Shown here piece by piece: positions 63,944-64,000 of a stretch of 64,000 nt of DNA. The position numbers and the translations under genes were made by a program. Position 1 is the stretch's first letter. Each line of letters starts with the position of its first letter. The notes below the pieces were generated by a model that did no database searches, was not told where the DNA came from, and saw only the letters and a program-made list of their open reading frames with translations. The DNA is taken from assembly GCA_944392315.1 (NCBI GenBank), contig CALXWH010000008.1:8549-72548 (forward strand), in the 5' to 3' direction. This DNA is from an uncultured Alphaproteobacteria bacterium. Its GTDB lineage: Bacteria > Pseudomonadota > Alphaproteobacteria > RF32 > CAG-239.

Positions 63944-64000
63944 TGCATTTTGAAGCCTTAGAAAATTTTGAATGGTATAATGATCCTGAGAATGTTCGCT
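63943..64000 (+). CDS. 5' end of an unidentified CDS (runs off the window)
   Basis: The ATG overlaps the previous stop (TAATG). [19 protein letters not shown] faintly resembles DUF1349 N-termini. Confidence 0.3.
   Translation, partial: MHFEALENFEWYNDPENVR

Overview
Gene-dense chromosomal window from a low-GC bacterium, with about 75 CDS, 3 tRNAs, and no rRNA, IS element, prophage or cas genes. The housekeeping content (partial rpsA, gmk, cysK, ruvAB-ybgC, yebC-ruvC, rarA, trxB, rplY-pth-ychF, pssA, pfkA, accA, cmk, rpmB, tatAC) together with ATP12-like, ELM1/DUF1022, AsmA and RHH_4-type proteins suggests an alphaproteobacterium. A flavodiiron protein, an Isf-type flavoprotein, flavodoxins, a polyferredoxin and an RquA-like protein suggest an anaerobic or microaerobic lifestyle. 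Both are inferences from motifs read by eye. All functional calls rest on the supplied translations, my own reverse-strand reading and remembered family signatures; no searches were run. Best candidates for follow-up: (1) 58.3-61.2 kb holds a duplicated module of a small RHH_4-type protein, a 158-bp divergent control region and a cargo gene, where one cargo is a secreted serpin with an atypical hinge. (2) A MerR regulator has three copies of a TTAGAG-N4-CTCTAA palindrome. Two of them sit in 19-bp-spacer promoters that drive exported cupin, Isf-type flavoprotein and flavodoxin genes. (3) A NapH-NapG-like fused polyferredoxin with an internal twin-arginine helix lies in an operon with tatA-tatC. 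(4) An uncharacterised triad at 8.2-11.3 kb combines a retropepsin-like lipoprotein, a 7TM transglutaminase-like protein and an ATP-grasp ligase. (5) A stand-alone Bacteroidetes-like ribosomal L7/L12 N-terminal-domain protein carries a basic tail. (6) A hydrolase-rich, co-directional accessory block lies next to tRNA-Leu and ends in a small serine recombinase. (7) An RquA-like protein may act in rhodoquinone biosynthesis. (8) A perfect 36-bp repeat, 30-bp spacer, 36-bp repeat unit has CRISPR-like geometry but no cas genes nearby. Several proteins are domain-truncated (L25, ATP12-like, DEAD-box-like).
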